From contig JBMFNR010000003.1 in assembly GCA_049970055.1 (NCBI GenBank), positions 165,140 through 229,139 of the forward strand: DNA of 64,000 nucleotides, read 5' to 3'. Below the pieces are notes generated by a model. It ran no database searches. It was not told where the DNA came from and worked only from the letters and a program-made list of their open reading frames with translations. Shown in pieces: positions 1 through 9,089 of this stretch (position 1 is the stretch's first letter; each line of letters begins with the position of its first letter). Origin of the DNA: Fervidobacterium sp. GTDB lineage: Bacteria > Thermotogota > Thermotogae > Thermotogales > Fervidobacteriaceae. The translations under genes and the position numbers were made by a program.

Positions 1-762
1 ATTAACCCTGATTTCTTTAGTGATGTCTACGCAAGAAAAGCAGTTGCAGCTGCAATTAACTATGATGCGCTTATTAGGGATGTTTTGAAAGGCTTTGGTA
101 AGAGAATACCAACGGCTCTTCCAGAAGGGTTACTTGGATTTGATCCATCATTACCACTTTACAAATTCAACCTCCAAGAAGTACAAAAGAACTTGAAGTT
201 AGCTTGGAACGGTCAAGCTTGGGCGAAAGGCTTCAAATTTAGCGTTGCTTACAACCAAGGTAACACAGCACGACAAAGAGTTGCAGAAATGGTTAAAATG
301 TATTTGGAAATGGCAGCACCTGGCAAAGCAAAGATAGATGTGCAACCATTACAATGGCCAACATTCTTGGATTCAACAAAGCGAGGAGAACTTCCAGTTT
401 TCATACTTGGCTGGCTTGCTGACTATCCAGACCCAGATAACTTCATATTCACATATTACCACAGCAACGGTGATTACTCTGGCAGACAAGGTGAAAACTT
501 CAGGAAATTTGTCAGTGCACCAAGGAAGGAACTCGGTGGTAAGAGTTTGGATCAACTTATCGAAGAAGCTGCTGCTGAAACAGATCCACAAGTTCGTGCA
601 AAACTTTACATACAAATTCAGAAATTCGTTGTCGATAACTGTATAAGTGTCCCAGTTTATCAACCAGTTGGTGTGCGCGTCCAAAGAACATGGGTCAAGG
701 GTTGGTTCGATAATCCAATGAGACCTGGAATGGACTTCTACTCAGTTTACAAACAACAATAA
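1..762 (+). CDS. Peptide/nickel ABC transporter substrate-binding protein (OppA/DppA family), 5'-truncated by the window edge
   Basis: Frame is open from base 1 (INPDFFSDVYARKAVAAAINYDALI...). SBP family 5 C-terminal features: GWLADYPDPDNF, R..LY..IQ, PVYQ. Confidence 0.9.
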   Translation: MNPDFFSDVYARKAVAAAINYDALIRDVLKGFGKRIPTALPEGLLGFDPSLPLYKFNLQEVQKNLKLAWNGQAWAKGFKFSVAYNQGNTARQRVAEMVKMYLEMAAPGKAKIDVQPLQWPTFLDSTKRGELPVFILGWLADYPDPDNFIFTYYHSNGDYSGRQGENFRKFVSAPRKELGGKSLDQLIEEAAAETDPQVRAKLYIQIQKFVVDNCISVPVYQPVGVRVQRTWVKGWFDNPMRPGMDFYSVYKQQ

Positions 763-780
763 TTGAATTGCATAGCTATA

Positions 781-817
781 AAAAAATAGTCACCGGTTTA
801 CCCGGTGGCTATTTTTT
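781..817. terminator. Bidirectional intrinsic terminator between convergent genes
   Basis: AAAAAATAGTCACCGG-TTTAC-CCGGTGGCTATTTTTT: hairpin with flanking A and T tracts. Confidence 0.85.
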
Positions 818-1743
818 TATATTATTTTTGCTTTTTTCCCTTGGTACGTATCTTTTTCTAAAAGCTTTTGCTCGATTAACTTGACTATTTCGTTTTTTGA
901 TAAACCCCAGTTGCCAAAGAGTGTACCACTCGATGGTGGATCAGCGACAAGCCTGTGAATAACGATTTTTGGTGATAAATTCTCAAGGAAAAAGATTACT
1001 CGAGTTATGTATTCTTGCAATGATCCCACATTAAGTTTGCCACTCTTGTACATATCACCAAATATCGTTCCATCGACGATGTATAAAGAATGCAGCTTTA
1101 CGCCGTCAACGCCAAGAGCAGATAATATCTTTGCAGTTTCTATCACATCTAATGTGTTATCACCTGGTAAGTTAAGGATAACGTGCGAGACAACTTCAAA
1201 GTTATATTTTTTAATAAGTGTAACTGCATATATATATTCAGCAAGCGTGTGCCCCCTATTTACCTTGACAAGGGTATGATAATTTGCTGTCTGAAGCCCT
1301 ATATCAAGTGATATTTCAATTTTGTATGTCTCTTTTATGTCTTTTAGTAAATTTAAAACTTCCTCGTCTATACAATCAGGTCTTGTTGCAATATCGATTT
1401 TAACTATATCTTCGTCGAGTGCTTGGATGTAGGTTTGTCTTAGAATTTCTGGTGGCGCGTATGTGTTTGTGTAATTTTGAAAGTACGCGATAAATTTTTT
1501 TACACCTTTCTTTTTATATTTTTCTTTCATAAGCCGAAGCTGTGTTTTTATATCATACCCATGGAATGTAGTAAAGCCGCTTCCTGTCTCATCACAAAAT
1601 AGGCAACCTGGTTTACCGTTTGTTCTATTAGGACAGCTAAAACCAGCATTCAAAGGTAATCGTTGAACTTTCTCACCATATCTTTTCTTTAGCTCAACAC
1701 TTAATTTCCTATACCTGTAGCCTTCTTCGAGAAAGTCGAAAAT
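817..1743 (-). CDS. Radical SAM protein, TIGR01212/YhcC family (probable ATT start at 1743; ORF track starts at 1653)
   Basis: GFSCPNR..GKPGCLFC cluster motif, YFQNYTNTY, ATRPDC, GVKLH. Frame stays open upstream through YRKLSVELKKRYGEKVQRLPL. SD AGGAGGTG at 1759-1752. Confidence 0.85.
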   Translation of the reverse strand: MFDFLEEGYRYRKLSVELKKRYGEKVQRLPLNAGFSCPNRTNGKPGCLFCDETGSGFTTFHGYDIKTQLRLMKEKYKKKGVKKFIAYFQNYTNTYAPPEILRQTYIQALDEDIVKIDIATRPDCIDEEVLNLLKDIKETYKIEISLDIGLQTANYHTLVKVNRGHTLAEYIYAVTLIKKYNFEVVSHVILNLPGDNTLDVIETAKILSALGVDGVKLHSLYIVDGTIFGDMYKSGKLNVGSLQEYITRVIFFLENLSPKIVIHRLVADPPSSGTLFGNWGLSKNEIVKLIEQKLLEKDTYQGKKAKII

Positions 1744-2951
1744 TTTTCTAGCACCTCCTGAACATCTATCATTGGAAATTTTCCATCTATGAATATGAAC
1801 CTACCATTAACCATTGTTGCGTAAACTGTATCATTGTATGCATGAATTAAATTTTCAATTAAATTATCAAGTGGTTGAAGTTGAACATGATTGGAATTTA
1901 TGAAAACCAAATCTGCAGGGTAGTTTACCGCAACTTTGCCACCTTTCAATCTTAACGCTTCGTAGCCGTATTGTGTAATACTGTAAAATGCCTGACTTAC
2001 GTTAAACAATTCCGGATTGTGCATTTTGCTTGCCAGTACTGATACTCTGAGATCAAAGAGTACATTCTGAGAGTTGTTACTTGCTGGTCCATCAGTTCCT
2101 ATAGTTATTTTCAAACCATTTCTTATCATTTCATTTATCGGTGGTAAACCATTACCTAACTTCATGTTACTTACGGTATTCACGGATGGATAACTACCAT
2201 TGAGTAATCTAAGTGATTCATAATCGAGTTGAGTACAGTGGACGGGTATGAAATGAACTTCATCAAAGCCGAGCTGAATAATTTCTTCTGGAGTGTACTT
2301 TTCCCATTCCCATTTGTTTTCAAAGAAGTGCATAGTAACAGGCATATCATAAGCTTTTGCAATCTCTATTATTTTTTTCAAGTACTCCGTGGAACAGCTG
2401 TACGGTGCATGTGGACCTAAACCGACGAAGATTCGCCCATCGTATCCATTCCATTTTTCGTACAATTCAATGTTTTCTCTCAGTCTTCCTCCATCATCAC
2501 CACTTTTATCAATAAGTCCCCTTGTAAGGAGTGCCTTCATGCCAAAATCAGAAACTGCCCTAGCTATTTCCTCCTCGTGAAAGTACATATCGCAAAATGC
2601 GACGATACCATGAGAAGCCATTTCCATCATGGAAAGAAGGCTCGCGTAGTAAATCATTTCTGGTGTCAATCGTTCCTCAGCAGGTAAAATCTTTTGAAAC
2701 AGCCATACATTGAACGAGACATCTTCTGCATACCCTCGAAATAAAGACATTGCAATATGGTTATGCGTGTTAACAAAACCAGGTAGAACGATCTTACCTG
2801 AAAAATCGTATACTTCTTTGTCGTCTACCTTCAGTTCGTCACCTAAGCTTTTGATCCTTCCTTCTTTTATGTGTATATCTGTTTTTTTTAGTTTTCCATC
2901 AGATAGCGTAAAAACGTTTTTTATTAGCACACTTGATCTATCCCTTCTCAA
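1701..2951 (-). CDS. mtaD: Amidohydrolase, 5-methylthioadenosine/S-adenosylhomocysteine deaminase-like
   Basis: PGFVNTHNH metal motif, DMYF, GPHAPYSC, SNMKLGNG, GTDGPASNN. Confidence 0.75.
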   Translation of the reverse strand: MRRDRSSVLIKNVFTLSDGKLKKTDIHIKEGRIKSLGDELKVDDKEVYDFSGKIVLPGFVNTHNHIAMSLFRGYAEDVSFNVWLFQKILPAEERLTPEMIYYASLLSMMEMASHGIVAFCDMYFHEEEIARAVSDFGMKALLTRGLIDKSGDDGGRLRENIELYEKWNGYDGRIFVGLGPHAPYSCSTEYLKKIIEIAKAYDMPVTMHFFENKWEWEKYTPEEIIQLGFDEVHFIPVHCTQLDYESLRLLNGSYPSVNTVSNMKLGNGLPPINEMIRNGLKITIGTDGPASNNSQNVLFDLRVSVLASKMHNPELFNVSQAFYSITQYGYEALRLKGGKVAVNYPADLVFINSNHVQLQPLDNLIENLIHAYNDTVYATMVNGRFIFIDGKFPMIDVQEVLEKFSTFSKKATGIGN

Positions 2952-3298
2952 ATATTAACTCTTTGAGCGTCGATCCAAAGGTGTTCGATATCGTAAAACT
3001 CTCTTGCATTTTTTGTAAAGATGTGTACAACAATATCACCAGCATCTATTAATATCCAGTCGTAACCTTCACCACGATCGTAGTAAATGAGTTCTTTACC
3101 AACTTTGCCAAAAAAATCGACAATTTCATCTCTGAGGCTCTTCATGTGTATATTACTATTAGCAGTACAAATAACGAAATAATCGGTCAACAATCTCGTT
3201 TTTGACATATCTAATATAACAGGATCGATTGCTTCCTTTTTTTCTAAGATCTTCATTAATTTTGCTAAAATGTCTTTTGCCACACTTTCTTTATTCAG
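2948..3298 (-). CDS. rsfS: Ribosome silencing factor RsfS/Iojap (probable CTG start at 3298; ORF track GTG at 3283)
   Basis: DYFVICTANS, WILIDAGDIVVHIF, REFYDIEHLW. Confidence 0.93.
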   Translation of the reverse strand: MNKESVAKDILAKLMKILEKKEAIDPVILDMSKTRLLTDYFVICTANSNIHMKSLRDEIVDFFGKVGKELIYYDRGEGYDWILIDAGDIVVHIFTKNAREFYDIEHLWIDAQRVNI

Positions 3299-3327
3299 AC
3301 TTATCCCTCCTTTAGAAATCTCTTACT

Positions 3328-4635
3328 TCACGCTCCTCCAATTCTTAGTTCATCGCTAACAAAACCATTTTTCAAATAATCCCTTATCAAACCTATAAGA
3401 TAAAAGGAGCCTGTGACAAATTTAACATCACTATCGATTTGCTTGAGAAGTTCAATGCCAGCTATAGGGTCCGGTTCTAAAATAACACTTTTACAAAACT
3501 GTTTGGCGATATTGTATGTTTCTTCTATCTTTTGAGCACGTTTTGTTGGTGGTTTTGTAACAATGAGCACTTCAAACTTAGGGCCAAGCTTTTCAAGAAC
3601 ACGTATTTTGTCTTTGTCGTCAACAATACCAAAGAGTGCAGCGAGTTTTTTGTCTGGAAAGTATATGTCGACATTTTCGCTGAGGATTTCAGCTGCCTGT
3701 GGATTATGTGAACCATCGAGTATTAATCCATCAAATAGTTCGAATCTCCCAGGTATAAATGCATTTTCAAAAGCTTTTTTCGCAGCATCTTCATCTAGCT
3801 TGTTAATAATTTCAAAAGCCTTAAGTGCTAGCGCAAAATTGTATAATTGGTGTTTTCCATTCAATCGTACGGGAATATTTTTCATTGTTAATTCGCCATA
3901 GTAATTGTAAAGATTTTTATTAAAATCATATTTAACAACCTCAGCGTAAAAATCTTTTCCAAACTCATAAAACTTAGCTCCACGTTCGTTTGCCACGTTT
4001 TTTATCACATCTTTGGCCTCTTTTGCCATGTTACCTACGACAACTGGTACCCCTTGTTTGATAATTCCTGCTTTTTCAAAAGCAATCTCTTCAACAGTTT
4101 TTCCAAGAACATTTGTGTGTTCTAGTGAGACAGTAGTGATGACTGAAACAACGGGTGTGATAACATTCGTAGAGTCAAAACGTCCACCAAGTCCAACTTC
4201 AACACTTCCATATTCTGCGTTCTTTTGTTTGGTTAAGTAAAAATACATTGCTGTCATGTATTCAAAAAAGCTCGGTGAAAATTCATCTCCTATTTTGTCC
4301 ATCTCTTCTGCAAACACTTTAACAAACTCGGAAGCTTCCACAAATTCGTCCTTCGAAATGAGCTTTGTGTTCCAATGGAACCTTTCAAGTATGGTCGATA
4401 AGTGCGGAGAATAAAATCCTGTCACATTGTAACCGTGATAGTAAGTTAAGTATTCAAGAAACGTTGTAACGCTACCCTTGCCATTTGAGCCTGTTATGTG
4501 AAAATACTTAACCCCCAAATGGGGATTACCCATCCGGGAGAGTAATTGCTCTATTCTAAACAATCCAAGCTTCATTGTATTGTATGGCCTTGTAAAATAT
4601 AAATACCTTAAAACATCTAAAAACTCCATACGCAC
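3328..4635 (-). CDS. folC: Folylpolyglutamate synthase/dihydrofolate synthase
   Basis: HITGSNGKGS, SPHL, EVGLGGRFDSTN, IAFEKAGIIK, DGSHNP. Lies directly after valS, the usual arrangement. Confidence 0.95.
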   Translation of the reverse strand: MRMEFLDVLRYLYFTRPYNTMKLGLFRIEQLLSRMGNPHLGVKYFHITGSNGKGSVTTFLEYLTYYHGYNVTGFYSPHLSTILERFHWNTKLISKDEFVEASEFVKVFAEEMDKIGDEFSPSFFEYMTAMYFYLTKQKNAEYGSVEVGLGGRFDSTNVITPVVSVITTVSLEHTNVLGKTVEEIAFEKAGIIKQGVPVVVGNMAKEAKDVIKNVANERGAKFYEFGKDFYAEVVKYDFNKNLYNYYGELTMKNIPVRLNGKHQLYNFALALKAFEIINKLDEDAAKKAFENAFIPGRFELFDGLILDGSHNPQAAEILSENVDIYFPDKKLAALFGIVDDKDKIRVLEKLGPKFEVLIVTKPPTKRAQKIEETYNIAKQFCKSVILEPDPIAGIELLKQIDSDVKFVTGSFYLIGLIRDYLKNGFVSDELRIGGA

Positions 4636-4638
4636 TCA

Positions 4639-7242
4639 TCATTTCTTTTCATTTAAATCTGAGATAATCTGCTCTATCCTATTTATTTGCTCTTGGAAGA
4701 GCTTTTGCTTTTCTTTTGTTTCCTCGACTACATCTTCTGGGGCATTTCTTACAAAGTTTTCATCCTCAAGCTTTTTCGAAAACTTTTCCATATCGGCCTT
4801 CAACTTTTCCACTTTTTTTCTAAGTCTTGCTACTTCTGAGTTGATATCTATCAACGCACCAAGTGATACGTAGACTTCATTGTGCATCGAAACATAAGCA
4901 GTAGCACTCAAATCTGGCCTTGAATCCACAAACGTTATATTTTCAACATTTGCAAGAAATTTCACATATTCCTTTTCCTCATCTAAGAGCTCTCCTTTTA
5001 CAAATACTTCTACTTTTGTTGCCTGAGGAACATTAACTTCTGCTCTTACGTTCCTTATTCCTCTTATTATGTCCATTATCTCTCTAAAACGCTCTTCTGA
5101 TATTTCATCTATCAATCCAGTATCAACGCTTGGCCATTTGGCAATGACTATCGATTCTGAGCTCGTTGGTAATTTCGTCCATAATTCTTCCGTTAAGAAT
5201 GGCATAAATGGGTGGAGTAAGCGTAAGCTCATATCTAAAACGTAGACAAGTACGTTTTGAACAACTTTTCTATCTTCCGTTTTCAGTCTATTTTTTACCG
5301 CCTCAATGTACCAATCGCACAATTCATCCCAGAAGAAGTTATAAATTTCGCCTGCCGCGACATTGAAATCGTAATTGTCAAGAGCGCTTGTAACTTTTCC
5401 CATAGTTTTTTGTAATCTTGAGAGTATCCATTTATCAACTAACTTTAACTTAGAAATTCTAATTTCTTGTTTTTCAAAATCATCAAGATTCATTAATACA
5501 AATCTTGTTGCGTTCCAAATTTTGTTTGCAAACTTTTTATATGTATCAAAGAATCTAACATCAAGCTTTAAATCCCTTCCTTGAGCTGCCAAAATCGCAA
5601 GTGTAAATCGCATTGGATCAGAACCGTATTCATCAATAACCTCCAGTGGGTCTATTCCATTACCGAGTGATTTACTCATCTTTCTTCCATACTTATCCCT
5701 AACAAGTTGGTGGATATACACTTCACTGAATGGCTTTTCGTTCATAAATTCATATCCCATCATAATCATACGCGCAACCCAGAAGAAAATTATATCAAAC
5801 CCTGTTACAAGAACATCTGTTGGGTAGTACCTTTCAAGATCGGCTGTTTTCTCAGGCCATCCCAGTGTACTAAAAGGCCAAAGTGCAGAACTAAACCAGG
5901 TATCGAGAACATCTTCATCTTGCTTCAAATTAGTACTTCCACACTTTTCACATTTTTGTGGTTCTTCCTCGGAAACATTGTAATGTCCACAATCTTGGCA
6001 CTGCCAAACAGGTATTCTGTGTCCCCACCAAAGCTGCCTGCTTATACACCAGTCTCTTATTTCGTACATCCAGTTAAGATAAACCTTTTTCCATCTTTCT
6101 GGGACAAACTTAACTTCATCATTTTCGACAGATTCAATAGCGCGTTTGGCAAGAGGTTTCATACTAACAAACCATTGATCCAGTAACCTTGGTTCCACAA
6201 CAGTATCGCACCTGTAGCATCTTCCAACGGAATGTTTTATTTTTTCCAACTTTACCAAATATCCCTGAGCTTCAAGTTCTTCAATAACAGCTTTTCTTGC
6301 CTGTTCTGCTGTTAGTCCTCTAAATTTTCCGCCATTTTCGTTAATCACGATATTTTCGTCAAAAATATCCACAAAAGGTAAATTATGGCGTTGGCCTATT
6401 AAGTAATCGTTGGGATCATGAGCTGGTGTAACTTTTAATGCACCTGTACCGAACGAAGGATCTACGTAGCTATCTGCAATAATAGGAATTTCTCTGCCAA
6501 CTATGGGAATAATTGCTATTTTTCCAACATACTGCTTGTACCTTTCATCAGATGGATGTACTGCTATAGCTGTATCGCCAAGCATCGTTTCCGGCCGAGT
6601 TGTTGCAATAATAATATGATTATCCTCTCCCTTGAGCGGGTATTTTATGTAATAAAGTGCTCCATCTTCTTCGTGGTACTCTACCTCTTCGTCTGAAAGA
6701 ACGGTCCCGCACCTGTGACACCAATTTACAATATACTTTCCTTTGTATATCAGTCCTTTTTTGTACAGTTCAGCGAAAACCTTTCTGACAGCTTTAGAAA
6801 GCCCTTCATCGAGCGTAAATCTCTCCCTCGACCAGTCAACGGAAGCACCGATAGACATTATCTGACTCTTAATTTCATTTCTGTACTTATCTGCCCAATC
6901 CCATACAATTTTCAGAAATTCTTCTCTTGTAAACTCTCTCTTACTCTTACCTTGTGTGGCAAGAAATTTTTCAACTGCTGTTTGTGTAGCTATACCCGCA
7001 TGGTCTTCTCCTGGGAGCCAGAGAACATCAAATCCTTGCATCCTTTTGTATCTACTCAATATATCTTGTATCGTTATATTAAGAGCATGGCCCATGTGGA
7101 TTCTTCCAGTTATGTTTGGTGGTGGGATAACGATAGAATACTTTGGTCCTGTCCCACGAGGTGTAAAATACTTTTTTTCCAGCCAATGTTTGTACCATTT
7201 CATTTCGATATTTTTTGGGTCATATCTTGTACCAATCTCCAT
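4639..7242 (-). CDS. valS: Valine--tRNA ligase
   Basis: PPPNITGRIHMGH, DHAGIATQ, WCISRQLWWGH, KMSKS and a C-terminal coiled coil. ATG at 7242 after SD GGAGGTG. Confidence 0.98.
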   Translation of the reverse strand: MEIGTRYDPKNIEMKWYKHWLEKKYFTPRGTGPKYSIVIPPPNITGRIHMGHALNITIQDILSRYKRMQGFDVLWLPGEDHAGIATQTAVEKFLATQGKSKREFTREEFLKIVWDWADKYRNEIKSQIMSIGASVDWSRERFTLDEGLSKAVRKVFAELYKKGLIYKGKYIVNWCHRCGTVLSDEEVEYHEEDGALYYIKYPLKGEDNHIIIATTRPETMLGDTAIAVHPSDERYKQYVGKIAIIPIVGREIPIIADSYVDPSFGTGALKVTPAHDPNDYLIGQRHNLPFVDIFDENIVINENGGKFRGLTAEQARKAVIEELEAQGYLVKLEKIKHSVGRCYRCDTVVEPRLLDQWFVSMKPLAKRAIESVENDEVKFVPERWKKVYLNWMYEIRDWCISRQLWWGHRIPVWQCQDCGHYNVSEEEPQKCEKCGSTNLKQDEDVLDTWFSSALWPFSTLGWPEKTADLERYYPTDVLVTGFDIIFFWVARMIMMGYEFMNEKPFSEVYIHQLVRDKYGRKMSKSLGNGIDPLEVIDEYGSDPMRFTLAILAAQGRDLKLDVRFFDTYKKFANKIWNATRFVLMNLDDFEKQEIRISKLKLVDKWILSRLQKTMGKVTSALDNYDFNVAAGEIYNFFWDELCDWYIEAVKNRLKTEDRKVVQNVLVYVLDMSLRLLHPFMPFLTEELWTKLPTSSESIVIAKWPSVDTGLIDEISEERFREIMDIIRGIRNVRAEVNVPQATKVEVFVKGELLDEEKEYVKFLANVENITFVDSRPDLSATAYVSMHNEVYVSLGALIDINSEVARLRKKVEKLKADMEKFSKKLEDENFVRNAPEDVVEETKEKQKLFQEQINRIEQIISDLNEKK

Positions 7243-7652
7243 CAATGCGCACCTCCGACACTCTTTATATCTATCTCACAATCTATTTGGATTTTTTCAT
7301 TTCCATAAGTTAATAGTAGATAATGTAAAGAGTCCTTTATTCTACTAGCAATCTTATGCACGTCTGTATCTGAAATTCCGTGAACAACTATGCAAAATTC
7401 ATTGTCACCTAGTTTGCACACAAGATCTTTTGGAAGTCTTACACTATGCTTTATTACAGATGATACTCTTGAAAGCACAAAGTTTCTAACATTTTCATCA
7501 GAAGAAGGAAAATTCAACTTCACATCTAATAGATAAAATAGTTCCACAGAATTCTTTAACTCCTCGAGAACTTTCTGAGCAAATTCTTGGTTTGGTAATC
7601 TTGTTATAGGGTCAACCCACTCACCAGTTAACAAATTCAGAAATCCTGACAT
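7242..7652 (-). CDS. Stand-alone degenerate GGDEF-like domain protein
   Basis: DPITRLPN resembles D.LTGLPNR; CKLGDNEFCIV resembles R.GGDEF. SD AGGAGG upstream. Confidence 0.7.
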   Translation of the reverse strand: MSGFLNLLTGEWVDPITRLPNQEFAQKVLEELKNSVELFYLLDVKLNFPSSDENVRNFVLSRVSSVIKHSVRLPKDLVCKLGDNEFCIVVHGISDTDVHKIASRIKDSLHYLLLTYGNEKIQIDCEIDIKSVGGAH

Positions 7653-7742
7653 AATTTCATCCTCCTACGATTTGCTTAATAAATTTTACCATACTTATTC
7701 TTGTATGAAAATACCTAAGTTACTTTGATTTAAACATCACCA

Positions 7743-7771
7743 TTGAAAAACTTGGAGCTCTATGCTAAAAT
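7743..7771 (+). promoter_or_regulatory. Sigma70-type promoter of the MFS gene
   Basis: TTGAAA-17 nt-TAAAAT with TG extension. Confidence 0.6.
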
Positions 7772-7810
7772 TTCATAAAGTTCGTAAAACAAACTAAAAG
7801 CCAAAGGGGA

Positions 7811-8938
7811 GTGAATAGATTGATTATAAATATAATTCCATTTATTGCTATTGTATCACACTTTTTACTTGATTTCTTAGTTTCTTTTTTCAACCCACTT
7901 GGTCCTTATCTAATAGAGAAATTTAGTATAGAAGTTAGGTTATTTACAACTTTTCTCACACTCTCTTCAGCAATAGCTAGTTTGCTCCAGATATTTTTTG
8001 GATTTTGGTTTGATAGCAGCGTGACTACTAAAAAATACATTGTTTTGATGTACTTCCTTGAAGCTTTAGGAATAACCATACTTGGTGTTTCAACAAATTT
8101 TTGGGTTGCTTTACTGGCAATATTTATAATCAGGATTGCCAATTCAGCTTTTCATCCACTTGGTGCGTCCATGGCAGGCGAAGGAAGTGGGAAGAGCGTT
8201 GCTATTTTTTCAATCGCTGGAACTCTTGGTGCGGCACTTGGACCAATATTTATTTCGTTTTACGTTTCAAAACTACCACTCTCAACGTTATGGGTTGTTT
8301 CAGTCCCATTTTTAATCATAGCCTATTTTATGGTCAAATTAAAAGTGCCTAATAAAAGCACTAATCACAATAAAAGGATAACATTCAAAGAATTTTCCGT
8401 CTTAATTCCTATACTTCAAGTTGTGACAATCAGGAGTTTCTTAATGTCGGTAGTTCATATGTATACTCCGATTTTTGTAACTAACATTAGAGGTTATCCA
8501 ATAACGTTGTCAGGTACCTTGATTACATCCGGCATGCTTACAGGCGTTTTTGCAAATTACATAGGCGTATTGCTACTGGAAAAGATAGGTGCCAAAAAAC
8601 AAGATTTTGTAGCGTTTGTTGGGATGGCACTTTCTATATTTGCGTTACTTACTTCAAAATCATTCTTAGGATTGTTTTTTTCATTTGTGTTTTTTGATTT
8701 TTCCGGGTTTTTGCTGATGTCGGCAAATGTTGTTCAGGCGCAAAAGATATTACCTAACAGAAAAGCTTTTGCTTCTTCGGTTGCTATGGGATTTGCTTGG
8801 TCCATTGGAGATTTTATAGCCTCGGCTTATAATTCCGTTTTTGGTAATGACGTAAAACTTTCGCTCACTCTTGTAATACCAATTGCAATTATTGCTTCAA
8901 TATATTTTGGCATCATTCAAAAGTTCGACACAAAGTAA
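7811..8938 (+). CDS. MFS transporter (Fsr-like)
   Basis: About 12 hydrophobic segments; SHFLLD, SAFHPLGA, GTLGAALGP. Confidence 0.85.
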   Translation: MNRLIINIIPFIAIVSHFLLDFLVSFFNPLGPYLIEKFSIEVRLFTTFLTLSSAIASLLQIFFGFWFDSSVTTKKYIVLMYFLEALGITILGVSTNFWVALLAIFIIRIANSAFHPLGASMAGEGSGKSVAIFSIAGTLGAALGPIFISFYVSKLPLSTLWVVSVPFLIIAYFMVKLKVPNKSTNHNKRITFKEFSVLIPILQVVTIRSFLMSVVHMYTPIFVTNIRGYPITLSGTLITSGMLTGVFANYIGVLLLEKIGAKKQDFVAFVGMALSIFALLTSKSFLGLFFSFVFFDFSGFLLMSANVVQAQKILPNRKAFASSVAMGFAWSIGDFIASAYNSVFGNDVKLSLTLVIPIAIIASIYFGIIQKFDTK

Positions 8939-8998
8939 AAATCAAAGTAAAAGATGCTCTAGTTTCAAGTACATAAAGGTTCATTAAACTTGTTATGT

Positions 8999-9025
8999 TT
9001 CAGGTGGCAACCACCTGAATTTTTT
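8999..9025 (+). terminator. Intrinsic terminator
   Basis: TTCAGGTGG-CAA-CCACCTGAA followed by TTTTTT. Confidence 0.8.
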
Positions 9026-9089
9026 GTTATGAATTTAGCTAAACATGTTGTATAATTAATAGATAGAAAGATTTCGGGGAGGACTAAAA

